From NCBI GenBank assembly GCA_015680685.1, contig MNCI01000270.1, forward strand, positions 1,041,902 to 1,105,901: a DNA stretch of 64,000 nt, given 5' to 3'. The notes beneath the pieces are model-generated. The model saw only the letters and a program-made list of their open reading frames with translations, made no database searches and was not told where the DNA came from. Below are positions 1 through 11,400 of this stretch, piece after piece. The stretch is from Gnetum montanum. Its lineage: Eukaryota; Plantae; Gnetophyta. Every line of letters begins with the position of its first letter. Positions within the stretch are counted from its first letter, which is position 1. A program made the position numbers and the translations under genes.

Positions 1-2294
1 CTCACACCAGTGACGGTGCCCAAGTGTAACAACAATGCTAACAGCCCACAAGAAATCATCCCCGCAGACGCATCCTCCTATAGCAGTAAAGGCTACAGTG
101 TCGCAAAGTGAGTGCCTCGACTAACATGGTTTTTTGAGAGTGCAGATTTTGGCATGCACGTAACATAGCTCACCATGTGGAAGGCTTCAATAGGTAGGTT
201 AGAACCCTCCATGGATGTAATATAGCTCATTCTACAGAGGGGACACCTACCTACAAGAGCTTGAAGAACAACGCCAACCAGAGATGAAAATGCAAACGAG
301 CCCCTCATAGCACTCCAACAAGGGACTCGGCTAAACATCATCTCTACTCTCTACCTTAACCTCTGCAAAATCAATGTACCATCCTCAAACATGGCCAAGC
401 GATAGCCTCAACATTTCTCCTACTACGGTGTTTCATATTCTTTACCGACGTCCATCGAGCTTGTTCTCCAGATGTTGACAAATAGGGGCCAATGAAACAC
501 CCTAAAAAATGCGGGGTCATCCTGGCCTCACCAGGCTCTTGCAGTCCACACAACACCATGGCAGTTCATCGGGAGAAGAACATTCTGAGTCTAAGATGGC
601 CAGTTCAGCAAATTTTCTACTTTGGGCATGGACGGGTTCCGTACCAACCTGCCCGCCCACCAAAGTAGCCTGAACAGCTGACAGCCTGCTCAGAAATGGT
701 GTGCAGAATTGACAACAGTATCCTCGGTGCACAAAAAATAGTTTAGCAAGTTTTCTAAGTCACAAATCCTGCTATGCTATGCTATGATATGTAGCGTAGC
801 AAGCTTCAGAAAACAATGGCTGAACGAAATGCTACACTACACAATGCCACACAGCATAGCATAGCAACAACTTCACTACTCGCTCCCCTCACCCAACTTC
901 AAGTTCTGCAATGATGTCTCTTTTCGCCAGGAAGCAGCAGACCATGTTTGCTGCTATGCTACACTGAGCTACATGGCACAGCAAGGCGTAGCAATCCTGC
1001 GGAAGGGACAGAAGCTAGTTCGAAAGGTGAAATCAACAAAGTTCGCAAAACTTTCATCGTAGGAAAATGGGTTGCAAATTAGTAAAACTGTCGCGATTAA
1101 GGCCATTCGCTACGCTATGCTATGCTACGTAGCATAGCATCACGTAACATGTACGTGACATATGGCAAGATGCACGGTAAGATGCTACGCCACACCAAGC
1201 AAGCCATGTCATAAAGCACAACACGGCATGCAGGTGGTCATGTGACATCAATGCACTCCACCTAATCAAACCGTTGGCACACGTCTCTAGGAGCTGATGG
1301 CGTAGTTGCGACGTAGTAGGATCGAAGTTATTGCATGGTAGGCTCACATCGCAATGGTCTTGTAAGCCCAACGGTCACAGATGGCCTGAGTAACGCTAGT
1401 GAGGTAACACAAGTCTATGGCACGTAGCATTCAAATGGTCCCTTTTGCTTACCTTCAGCCCTATAAATATCCCGGCAAACAGCACACAAAAGGTCCAAAA
1501 AAATTTTCTTGGCTAAAAAAAAGAGAAAGGTACCTACAATTTGGCAAAAGAAAAGAAAAAGCCAGCAATCTGTAAAGTTAGAAATTTCAAAAGGGGGTTC
1601 GCATCCTCCTTGCCAGCGTTGTAACAATCATACCCATCTGTTTAACACTATAAAAAAAGAACCTCTCCCAGCTGGCATAAGGTCCCGATCTTCATTCTAC
1701 CACCTTGGTAAGATCCCGCATTATTTGTATGTGAATTCCATGCCCAAGCACATAGCTCTTTCTACTTCCTGGCATGCTTCAGTTACCCTTGGAACTTCTG
1801 CACTCCATCACACTGTGCAGCCGATTGTATCCACCGTGACTGAACGGATTTGTAGCTCTGAAGCAGTGCATGTTTCTAACCGTATCTTACTTGACCTCTC
1901 ATTTATTGTCTAGCTTTCTTGCATTATTTTCTATCTTATTTACCTTCAAGCATCATCTCATATTACTACCGCATTTACATTTCTCATGTTCAACATCACT
2001 TCATATTACCATTGCATCTCTACTTTATTCATTATTTCACTTTATTGTTGCATTTTTATAGTCTCTTTCTTTTTCTGCTGTATCTACCCTTAAGCACTAT
2101 CTCATAATCCATACAATTTATATTGCAAAAGGCTATATTGACACTGATGTAAGTCCCTTCCTAATTGAGCAGACCATTCAGAGCACCCCGTGTTCGTACA
2201 CACCCAGCACCACCCTCCCACAGGCATGGGGTTGGAACTGTTGTGTCCGTCAACCCCGATGTTCTTCCAGCCGCCGACATTTTTGGTCACTACA
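1..2294 (+). repeat. LTR (plus orientation, 5' boundary not resolved) of a relative of the Tat-like family; abuts and interrupts the T1 3' LTR
   Basis: Ends ...CAGCCGCCGACATTTTTGGTCACTACA at 2294. Bases 2140-2294 match the reverse complement of the T1 5' LTR U5 end (17843-17995). TATA (CTATAAATA) at ~1461; GCTA(C/T)GCT tracts at 770-1140. It retains many CpGs, so it is likely younger. Identity of bases 1-750 is uncertain. Confidence 0.7.
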
Positions 2295-2434
2295 TATTGT
2301 GCTAAAGAGCATAGTAGACATGCCCAGACACAAATTTATAGGCATTAGGACTTCTAGGGTGTCCAGCTATTTGCATGACCTAGCATGACACCACACTTGG
2401 AAAATCATGAGAGCCCAGAATTGATGGTGTTTTA
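2295..2434 (-). repeat. Remnant of T1 3' LTR (first 140 bp)
   Basis: Aligns with 19855-19993 (ATTGTGCT.AAGAGCATAG...AATTGATGGTGTTTTA); cut by the LTR ending at 2294. Confidence 0.88.
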
Positions 2435-2450
2435 GTGGCCCCTCTTTGTC
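2435..2450 (-). promoter_or_regulatory. Polypurine tract of T1
   Basis: Minus strand GACAAAGAGGGGCCAC immediately before the LTR start; typical Tat/Ogre PPT; equivalent site at 30539-30553. Confidence 0.85.
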
Positions 2451-3869
2451 AATGTCTGGAGGATTTACCTGAGAGAAGTCAACAAAGAATACAAAACACC
2501 ATGATGAACAGAACACCAACACCATTTTTTAGTGCCTACTTAGATGATTCTTTGCTATGTTTGAGAGTGCTCAAAGAGTGATGTAAGATAGAGGAAAAGG
2601 AATATGTTTGAGGAAATTGGGTCACGGATAAAATGTAGGATGCGACACCATAAGAACTATTGCCATAGTATGATCCCTCGTCGGTGTGCTTATGAGGGAA
2701 TCAACATGCATAGGTGTCTTTTCCCTTTGGATTTTGACCCCTTATCAAAATGCTTAGAGCTGATCGATCCAAGGTTGAGATGGTTGCAAAGTGAAAATTG
2801 TGCCATTTTGACTTGGCCAGCTTTTTTTTTTGAAGAAATTTGCACACCCATATCCATTCATGGCCAACCATGTTGTCATTGTAGGACAAGTGTTTCCTCC
2901 TCGGGACAAGTTTTGTTACATCCATGTGAGGCTTTAACCAGCCTACATAGGCTTCCCATAGGATGAGTTATGTTACGTCCATCATGGGCTTAGTGGTTGA
3001 GCATGGGAAAGGGTTACATGTGAATTGGAGAAGATTGCGAAAAAGAAGTTAGAACTTATAAGGATAGGGAATAGAGGTTAGGTTTGCTGAAGGGATAGTA
3101 GGATTTACACTCTTACGTAGCTAGGCCAATCGAAGTGGGCACTTTGGAATAATGAATTATCTTGCTCTAGTGGTGAAATGCATTCTTGAATGAAACCAAC
3201 TTGGCAAACACAATAGAGAGAAAACTAGAAAAAACAACCATCATGTGAAGTGAGGGAAAAGTCCTATCTGCTTGGGACACTGCTAGGGTGAAAAGTGTTT
3301 TTTTTGACATGTGTGATGTCCAAAGTAGGAAGGCCAATGTAGGCTTTGGTAGTGGTAGGCTAGAAAGGTTCAATGGCCATGCCAGAGATGAGCACTAAAG
3401 AGGCTAGGAGCAATGGTGATGTGAGTGCTCAGGGATCCTTACCAAAGGCAATAGCCAAGAAGTCCAACTGCAAGGTGAGAAGCTTAATAGCTAAATGCTT
3501 TTTTAGAATCTAATGATGCTGAGGGCTGGAAGATGGCAGCATTGTGGCTAGGCCACAATACTTTTGGAACTCCAATAGGGGGTGTTGATGGTGGGCACTA
3601 TGACCAAACTGATTGGTAATGATGGTGGTAGCTCCAGAAGGTCAGCAAGATGCCAGATGACATCTGTAGAAGATCAGAAAGATGCTTGGGACAATGACAT
3701 TGCAAATGTCCCAGAGGATTTTTTCTTAGCAGCGTGAACTTCATTCTAGGATTTCAACATCCCAACCCATCTTACAAGGGGAACTAGTGATGGAGGATCA
3801 AAAACATGCTTTCTTACTTGTTCGCAAGATCACATGTGTTGGATCAGATATGTTGCCTTGTGAACCCCA

Positions 3870-4384
3870 TTTTAAGTCCTGATAGACCATTGAATGTGCT
3901 AGTTTAAGGTCCCAGCAGACCGTGGTCCCAGTTTAAGATCCAGAAAGACAATGCTATGCTAGTTTAAGGTCCTAATAGACCGTAGTGCTAGTTTAATGTT
4001 GTAGCAAATGAGTGATGGCCAGTTTAAGGTCATAGTGGACCATGCTATGGGTCCCAGTTTTGTGTCATGGCCCAAAGACATGCTATGCCAATTTAACATC
4101 ATGGCAAACAAGTTGTGCTAGTTTTATGTCATAGCAAATGAGTTGTGCCAGTTTTACATCATAGCGGATGAGCTATGCCAGTTTTACATCATAGTGGATA
4201 AGTTGTGCCAATTTTACATCACAGAGAATGAGTTGTGCCAGTTTTACATCATAGAAGATGATATGTGCCAGTTTTACATCATAGTGGATGATTTGTGCCA
4301 ATTTTACATCATATCAAATGAGTTGTGCTAGGTTTACATCATAGTGGATGAGTTCTGCTAGTTTTACATCATAGCGGACAAGCT
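3870..4384. repeat. Tandem array in T1 3' UTR: CCAGTTTAAGGTC-type units, then ~10 copies of a 30-bp unit (GAGTTGTGCCAGTTTTACATCATAGCGGAT)
   Basis: Direct inspection; 30-bp periodicity at ~4082-4384. Confidence 0.92.
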
Positions 4385-4420
4385 ACTTATCTTGCTTTAT
4401 ATTTGGTGCAATATTGCATG

Positions 4421-7400
4421 TTAGGTGTAGTAGGGCTTTAAGTATAAATGATTGATAGGATTTGGGATTTCATTACCATCTAAGTCAGCCAGTTTGAATG
4501 CCCCATTCTCATATGCTTTGGTGACCAAAAAAGGCCCTTCCCAGTTGGTTGAGAGTTTGTTCATGGGCTCGTGAACAACCTTCAGGACTAGATCCCCCTT
4601 TTTTACCAGATGTTAGTGTAGATTGCAATGATGTTTTTGTCATTGCTTGTCCTGATACCACTTGATGTGGTTAAGTGTTTGAATGCGCTCTTCCTCCACA
4701 GAGTCAAGATCAACGATTCTTGACTCGTTGTTTTGAATCTCATCCATAAATTTAAAGAAAATCATCCGTAGTGATGGGACTTGCAATTCTAGAGGTAACA
4801 CTGCTTCAGATCCATATACAAGACTATATGGGGTCTTACCTGTAGTTGTCCTGCATGTTGTGCGATAAGCCCAAAGTACGTAGAGGAGTTTCTTGTGCTA
4901 TCGTTGTTTGCTACTACTAAGCATCTTTTTCAAAAGGTTGATAATGGCTTTATTAGTGGCTTTTTCTTGGCCGTTCGCCTAGGGATAATATGGCAAGGAG
5001 AAATATTATTTAATATCAAGGATTTCGCAAAAGGCTCTAGTATATGCACTACAAAATTAGGGTCTGTTGTCTATAACAATAGTCATGGGATGGGCAAATT
5101 GTGTCACTATATTATCTAGAATGAACTTGCAAATTTGTTGGGATGTGATCTTTCTGAGAGGAATAGCTTCTACCCACTTTGTAAAGTACTCAGTTGTGGT
5201 AATAATCAAACTATGCTCTACAAAAGACTTGGGTGTAATGGGTTCTATGATGTATTGTCCCCAACATTGAAAGGGCCATGTGATTTGTCTAGTATGCAGT
5301 TCGGTAGGTGACACATGTATGAAGTTCCCATGACATTGGCATACATCGCATGTCCTTACCTTAGCAACACAATTGCATTCCATGTAAGGCCAATAGTAGC
5401 CTAGATGCCTAATTTTTGCTACCATAGCACTGGGAGCTATGTGTCCTCCACAAAGTCCCTCGTGGACTTAATCAACAATTTTTCATGCTTCATCCCACTA
5501 ATGCAAGCTAGCAATATCTTGTCATAAGAGCATCAGCATAAAGCACTGTCTCCTACGAGGACATACTGCCATGCTCATTTTCGTACTACATCCTTTTGGG
5601 TAGGTGTCAAACCATGTGGGGGTTCACCATGTTGGAGGTATGTTTTAACGTCATCATACCATTCTTGGGTATGTGCCACACTTACAAATGAAATATTTGC
5701 TATGTGAACGATAGGGTCATTACATCTCACTATCGAAGTGGGCAAGGTAGCCAACATATGTGGTGGCATGTTTAGAGCTAACGTGGCTAACAGATTAGCT
5801 ATAGTATTTTCATTGCAAGGTACATATTGGATGTCTAGGGTTGCAAACTATTTTAGTAAGTATTTGGCCAAATCACAGTAAGGCTGTAAATGTTGTGCCT
5901 TGCAAGTGTAGACTTCTATAACTTGGTTAATGACTAATTGTGAGTTTCCTCTAATAGTTAAGTTTTAAATTCCTGACTCTCGGGCTGCTAGAATACCTCT
6001 AAGAAGACCCTTGTATTCTACTACATTGTATTTGTAAAGAAACATGAAGTGATATGCCAAAGGCTAAATCTCTCTAGAGGGAAATGTGAGAACAGTAGCA
6101 GCACTACCACATTATGTAGTTGAGGCACCATCAAAATGTAGAATAGCTTCAAAATCTACAAGTACTGGGCTTATGCTACTAATGTGCTCATCTGGAAATT
6201 TTGGTTCTATTATTGCCTGGTCATCAGTGGGTGAAGCTATAAGTTGTGTCGCTATTGCTTGATGCTTTGTAGAGGATTTCACTACGTAGTATAGGTCAAA
6301 TTCCATAGTTATGGTTTTCCACTAGGCTATCCTACTACTTTCGTATATATTGGTTGTAATAGCCCGAAGTATGCTATTTTTTTAGATGATGTTTACTTGG
6401 CTATGAAACAAATAATGCTCCATTTTTTAACCACAAATACTAAAGCAAGAAAATTTTTTCTACTTCATTGTATTTTGCTTTGTAAGCTATCAATGCATGA
6501 CTTAGGTAGTAGATAGGAATTTCACGACCATCACCCCTCTTTTGGTAGTGAAAAGTGACAATAGACGTGTCTGAAGTGGCAAGATAAATGTAAAAAGGCT
6601 TATCTCTCTATGGAGGATAAATAGTGGGAATATGAAAAAGCTCCTTATTTAAGTTATCAAAGGCTTCTTAGCATTAGTTTGTCCATTCAAAGTTAACTCC
6701 CTTTTTAAGAAAATGTTGCATTGGATGCAATTTATCTATTAGCCTTGCGATAAACCTTTGTATGAATTGTATCCTACCTTGCAAACTACGCAGCTCCTTA
6801 AGGTTTGTAGGTGGTGCTAAGTTAGCAATAGCTTTACCTTTATCGAGATCTACATGTATCCCTATTTTTGATACTACAAACCCTAACATGCGTCCCATTT
6901 TGACCCCAAAGACACATTTTTTAGGATTAAGGTGGAGGTCATGTCTATGACAACATTGAAGGACTAAGTTTAGGTCGTTTGCATGATTAGGAGCTTTCTT
7001 AGATTTAATAGCTATATCATCCATGTAATCATTTAACTTTTCCAAAAGATAGTCACTAAAAATGTAAGTCATTGCCCACTGATACGTTGCTCCAGCATTT
7101 TTTAGCTTGAAGGACATCATCATGTGGCATAAGGTTCCCAAGGGATCATAAAGGTAGTGGCTAGTTGATGTTCTAGATATATGCAGATTTGATCGTAGCC
7201 TAAGAATCCATCCATGAAGGATAGTAAGGCATGGCCTGCTGTAGTGTTGATGAGTTGGTTGATACTAGGCAATGGGAAATCATCCTTAATTGTTACCTTT
7301 TTCAAATTCCAAAAGTCTATACAAATTTGTATACCCCCATTTTTCTTGGAAATGACTATGATGTTTGATACCTAGTTCGAATAATTGACCACCTAAATGA

Positions 7401-7897
7401 ACCTAGCTTGATAAAGTTTGCTGATTTCATCACGTATAGCTAAGGCAATCTCTAGTTTAATCTTGCAAGCTTTTTGTTTGACCACCTTAACACATGAATC
7501 CAAGATGATATTGTGTTGCATAATGTGTGGGTCTAACCCTAGCATATCTTCATATGACCATGCAAACACTTTGGCATTATGTTGAACCTATGGCTCTAAT
7601 AGAGATATTATGTTGAACCTATGGCTCTAATAGAGAGCTAACCTTTAACATTCTCTCTTTTCCTCTAGGTCTAGTCATGGGGATTTTGATAAGGGGATCC
7701 TCAGTTACATCATTGGCCTCTAAATCCAAGGCTTGGACCAGATGTTCGGGCCAGTCCGAGGATGTTTCTAAGGATGCTATGTTGGTGTCACAAGGGGATG
7801 GTTCAAAGTCTACCAACTCTAAGCTCAAGCATCTCATAAATTTTCCATGAGGTCCTATCAGGATTAGGGGCAAATAGAGATTAGCATGAGTAGCCAT
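4421..7897 (-). pseudogene. pol: T1 pol: RT - RNase H - additional archaeal-type RNase H - integrase, disrupted by stops and frameshifts
   Basis: RT: KDDFPLP, SFMDGFLGYDQI, LKNAGATYQ, DYMDDI, LNPKKCVFGV. aRH: LHFDGAST, NVVEYKGLL, GNSQLVINQV. INT: GYYWP, CDVCQ, WPF..WG, YFTKWVEA, NWEGPF. Ends LKPYYT* at 4421. Confidence 0.93.
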
Positions 7898-7910
7898 TTT
7901 CAAAGCACCC

Positions 7911-7950
7911 CTACAAAAATAATCAAAATAAACAAACGTCAAGTGATACC
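7911..7950 (-). promoter_or_regulatory. Putative 3' splice acceptor just upstream of the RT ORF
   Basis: Minus strand GTATCACTTGACGTTTGTTTATTTTGATTATTTTTGTAG, 13 nt before ATG GCT. Homologous pyrimidine tract plus AG in T3 (~38450-38490) and T2 (~35461-35505). Confidence 0.55.
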
Positions 7951-8009
7951 TGCTTAATATAGCAACATGACATGAAATATATGCAATGTAATTATGCAGT
8001 GTTACATGA

Positions 8010-8150
8010 TTTCCAATTTAAGGTCTTAGCAGACCGTGACCATGTAAAATTATATGTTAAAGTTGTCAGTTTAAGGTCTTAGTGGACCATCACTATGAAA
8101 AATTGCCAGTTTAAGGTCGTAGTAGACTGTCACTGGGCTTAAAAGTTGCT
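8010..8150. repeat. CCAGTTTAAGGTC motif repeats between the RT start and the antisense promoter (T1)
   Basis: Three copies of (C/T)CAGTTTAAGGTC.TAG..GAC. Confidence 0.8.
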
Positions 8151-8345
8151 ACACTTTAGGGAACATGAGGTATCCCATGTTATGCATAGGACATTGGCTG
8201 TCTCGCGTTACATGCAGGATGTAGGATGCTCCACGTCACACTCAGGACATGGGGTGTCCCGCATTACATGGAGGATGTAGGACATTCCATGTCACATGTA
8301 GGACATGGGGTGTCCTGCATTATGCATGGGATATAACCCTGAAGG

Positions 8346-8356
8346 CTATAAATAGG
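8346..8356 (+). promoter_or_regulatory. TATA box of the internal antisense gene (T1)
   Basis: CTATAAATAGG ~135 nt upstream of the ATG at 8484. Positionally conserved in T3 (TTATAAATAGG ~38825), T2 (TATATAAG ~35863) and T4 (minus GGTATAAAAG ~60852-60861). Confidence 0.7.
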
Positions 8357-8483
8357 GTTTTACCCATGGTAAACCTATCATTTTCTCCATCAAAGCCAAC
8401 AGCCCATAGCGTAGCATGATTCAGAGAGATAGCATAGTAGTTGTGGCGTAACGACCGACACACTCGATTTTGATGTTAGGATA

Positions 8484-11400
8484 ATGGCACGTAAGAGTGA
8501 GTATAGACATCAAGGTCTTGCCAATGTAAATGAAGGGGAGTATAGCTTGCAACATCTCCCTAGGGCATGCGTTGAGGAATGATAGGGCGCACTATCTATC
8601 CAGTAAGTCACTACACTACTTTTGTTTATGTTATTTAGTTTATTAGGTGGGCTTGCTGCCATAGTCACCATGCCTTGGTGACTACAGCCATTACCATTGC
8701 TATGTTCTAACTATTGTTGTTATGGCATTGGCCACCACCATGATCGCTATGCTACGGTTGTTATGTGCCACTACCATGGCTGCCATTATTATGGGTGAGA
8801 TGATGTACTGTTTTGAGGGTTTAGCGGTTCTAGGTTTAGAGGTTTCTAGGTAGCGTAGCACACATTCCAGGTACTGTAGCATAAGTGGAAAGGGTATTGG
8901 TTTATTTTTTATCACATTCTATGCAATGGAACAAGGTTGGTGCTATGCAAACATTGTGTTTTTTCTCAAGCTATGTTTCCTTTGGTAGCATGACTAATAG
9001 GCTATGTCATGTTTTTGGTGTTTGTCACACTACACTATTACGCTGCTACGCTATGCGTGACGCAACTGCTACACTATGTGTGGCGTAGCCATTATGCTGC
9101 AAGGGGTATACCCGTTACATTATGTCATGCACTACTTTGCTACGCTGTGTGTGATGTAGCTACTACGTTATATAGGGTGTAGTTGTTATGCTGCATGTGA
9201 TGCAGCTGCTATGTCACGCAGGGTATACTCATTATGCTACTACGCTACGCGTGACATAGTCGCTATGCTGCGTAGGACGTTGTAATTGTTATACTTCCTA
9301 ACAATGTCTTATACTTAGAAAACATTTGTATACAAGGGTGCTACTACACTATATAGTAACCGATATTTGGAAAAATGTCTTTTTCTAATTTTGAACTAAC
9401 TTTCTTTTGTTATGCCATGCAGGGTTATGTTGAAACCAATCTTGATCGTGATTGAGCTGGTAGGGGTTTTGTGTTGCCTAAGTGCCCCTTTGGCTAACAT
9501 TCCCCCTCCCCATGCATGAGTAAGGGACCAGGAAGTTTGGTTTTGAGAAGGAGCATAGGAGTTCTTAGAATTTCTCCTTTGTCACTTCAGTGTAATGGTA
9601 TGGTCACACTTATTGGCCGAGACATCCAGTGTTCTAGTTAAAACGTTATTGCCTAGGGCAAACCAAGGCATCTTAAAGTTTATGGCTGATGGGTTCATTG
9701 AAGGTGAAGGGTTAGGGGGCTCAAGTTAGCATCCAAGAAGCTTGAGATGCTTATCTTGGGTTTGGGCCATGCCTGAATTTAAATGCTATCATAAGTACAA
9801 CACATTGTTTATTGCCCACCACATGGGGACCTTTTTTCAAAACCCACCTAGGACCATTTACTATGCTAGTGGGTGAGTCCTATGAAGATACTTAGACATG
9901 TTACATCATTTTTCTTGCATAGTTGGAATGCTTATTGTATTTTATATGTTGCCAGGTTTCTAATTGATAAGGATGGTCTCCACGATAAAGAGGGGGCATT
10001 GGTGTTGGCTCAAACAACCTTACAAGAGTTCTCTTCTACTGAGAACGTGCACATCGGTGTCATAGAACAACTTGGGGCCAATTTTAGAACCTATCCAACC
10101 AAGTATACCAAGTTTTATCTGAAGTGTGAAGAACTTGGGTGGTTGGATGGCAAATAGGCATTCTATCGAGTACCTACCGTGGAAAAAGTTCTAGGGAAAA
10201 TCCCACCATTCCCTATGCCATTCACACCCAGTGGGTTAGATTATGCACTTGTTTTCATGTGCTCAAGTGATTGATTTTGGTTTTTTCCTTTTGCTAATTT
10301 TGTTCTTAATTATTACAGTAATGATCGAGTCCAAAGAGCTTACAGTAATCACCTTAGTTCATGATAAAACTAACCTCTGCTTTAAGTAAGGTGAAGTTGA
10401 TGAGGCATAGCGTTGGTTGTGCAGTTAGGCTTCAACTATGATTGGTTAGAAGGTCCAAGATGCTTGGATAATGAACTTGTTTTTGGCAATAAATCCAAGC
10501 ATTCTAGTTGTGAAAATGCTCTCTCTTATTGATTCTTTTACCGAAAGGGTTGACCACTTTCGCATGCAAGTCCATAATGTGCAAGTGGTGTTTGAGATCA
10601 CCAATAGCCTTTTTGCGAATCTCTTCGGTGTTCCTTCCAATGGTCTACCCATAGGGAATAAGACTAGCAAAGATATAAACCATTGAGGGGATATAGAAGA
10701 ATGGTTGGGGATGAGCAAAGATTGCAAAGGGATTTACATGTAGAAAGTCAAATTAGAGGTAGCTCACAATATTTACCCTATCTTCTAGGCTCGTGCTTTC
10801 CCCAAGTTACTGTCTCAAGGGAAAATTCTTGGAGTAGAGTAGGCTTGGATTATGAGGGACATCATGGAAGAGGGGACTCATTATAATTGTGCAAAATATC
10901 TTTTAGAAGGCTTGCATTCCGAAATGGTTAAGCTCCGTGACAAGCTTGATTCATGTTTCAATGTGCATTTTGCCTTTTTTATAGCTTTCTTGCGATGATT
11001 TGCCGAATTCTTGGTGGTCCGAGAGAATGGGATCTAGGTATTATAGGATTGCACCCAGATATCCAAACCATGGATCCACCAAGTATTCCACACTACTCGA
11101 TCACAGGTCCCCTTGGAAGCTATTGGGGAGTCCTTCTTAATAACAACAAGGATTAGGTGGGACCATCCTTTTATGCTCAAGACAGCATTGGAGGGGCACC
11201 CTCCACTAACACAAGCAATGTAGTAAGGGGGATGCACCTTATTGCTAAAACTATGAAATCAAGATTGCAATGTAAGAAGTCTTGTCCTGTAGAAGAGCCT
11301 CCACATACAAGCGAAGAAAGAGGCAAAAGGTTGTGAATCAGAGTTCGTAACGTGCAATCTGTGCTTGTTGGTAAGTATTGTTTGATTGTCTTGCTTGCTA

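Noticed and set aside
1509-1913. 134-aa ORF
   Set aside because: Lies in the LTR R/U5 region with no recognisable motif and is not conserved in the other LTRs.
4143-4331. 62-aa repetitive ORF (CQFYII...) / CRISPR-like appearance
   Set aside because: Translation of a head-to-tail 30-bp tandem repeat with no unique spacers, in a eukaryotic retrotransposon UTR.
7577-7637. 31-bp tandem duplication in T1 pol
   Set aside because: Copy-specific repair scar, absent in T2 and T3.
8647-8870. Possible extra exon within antisense intron 1
   Set aside because: Splice sites and frame are not conserved between copies, and exon 1-2 phases already join without it.
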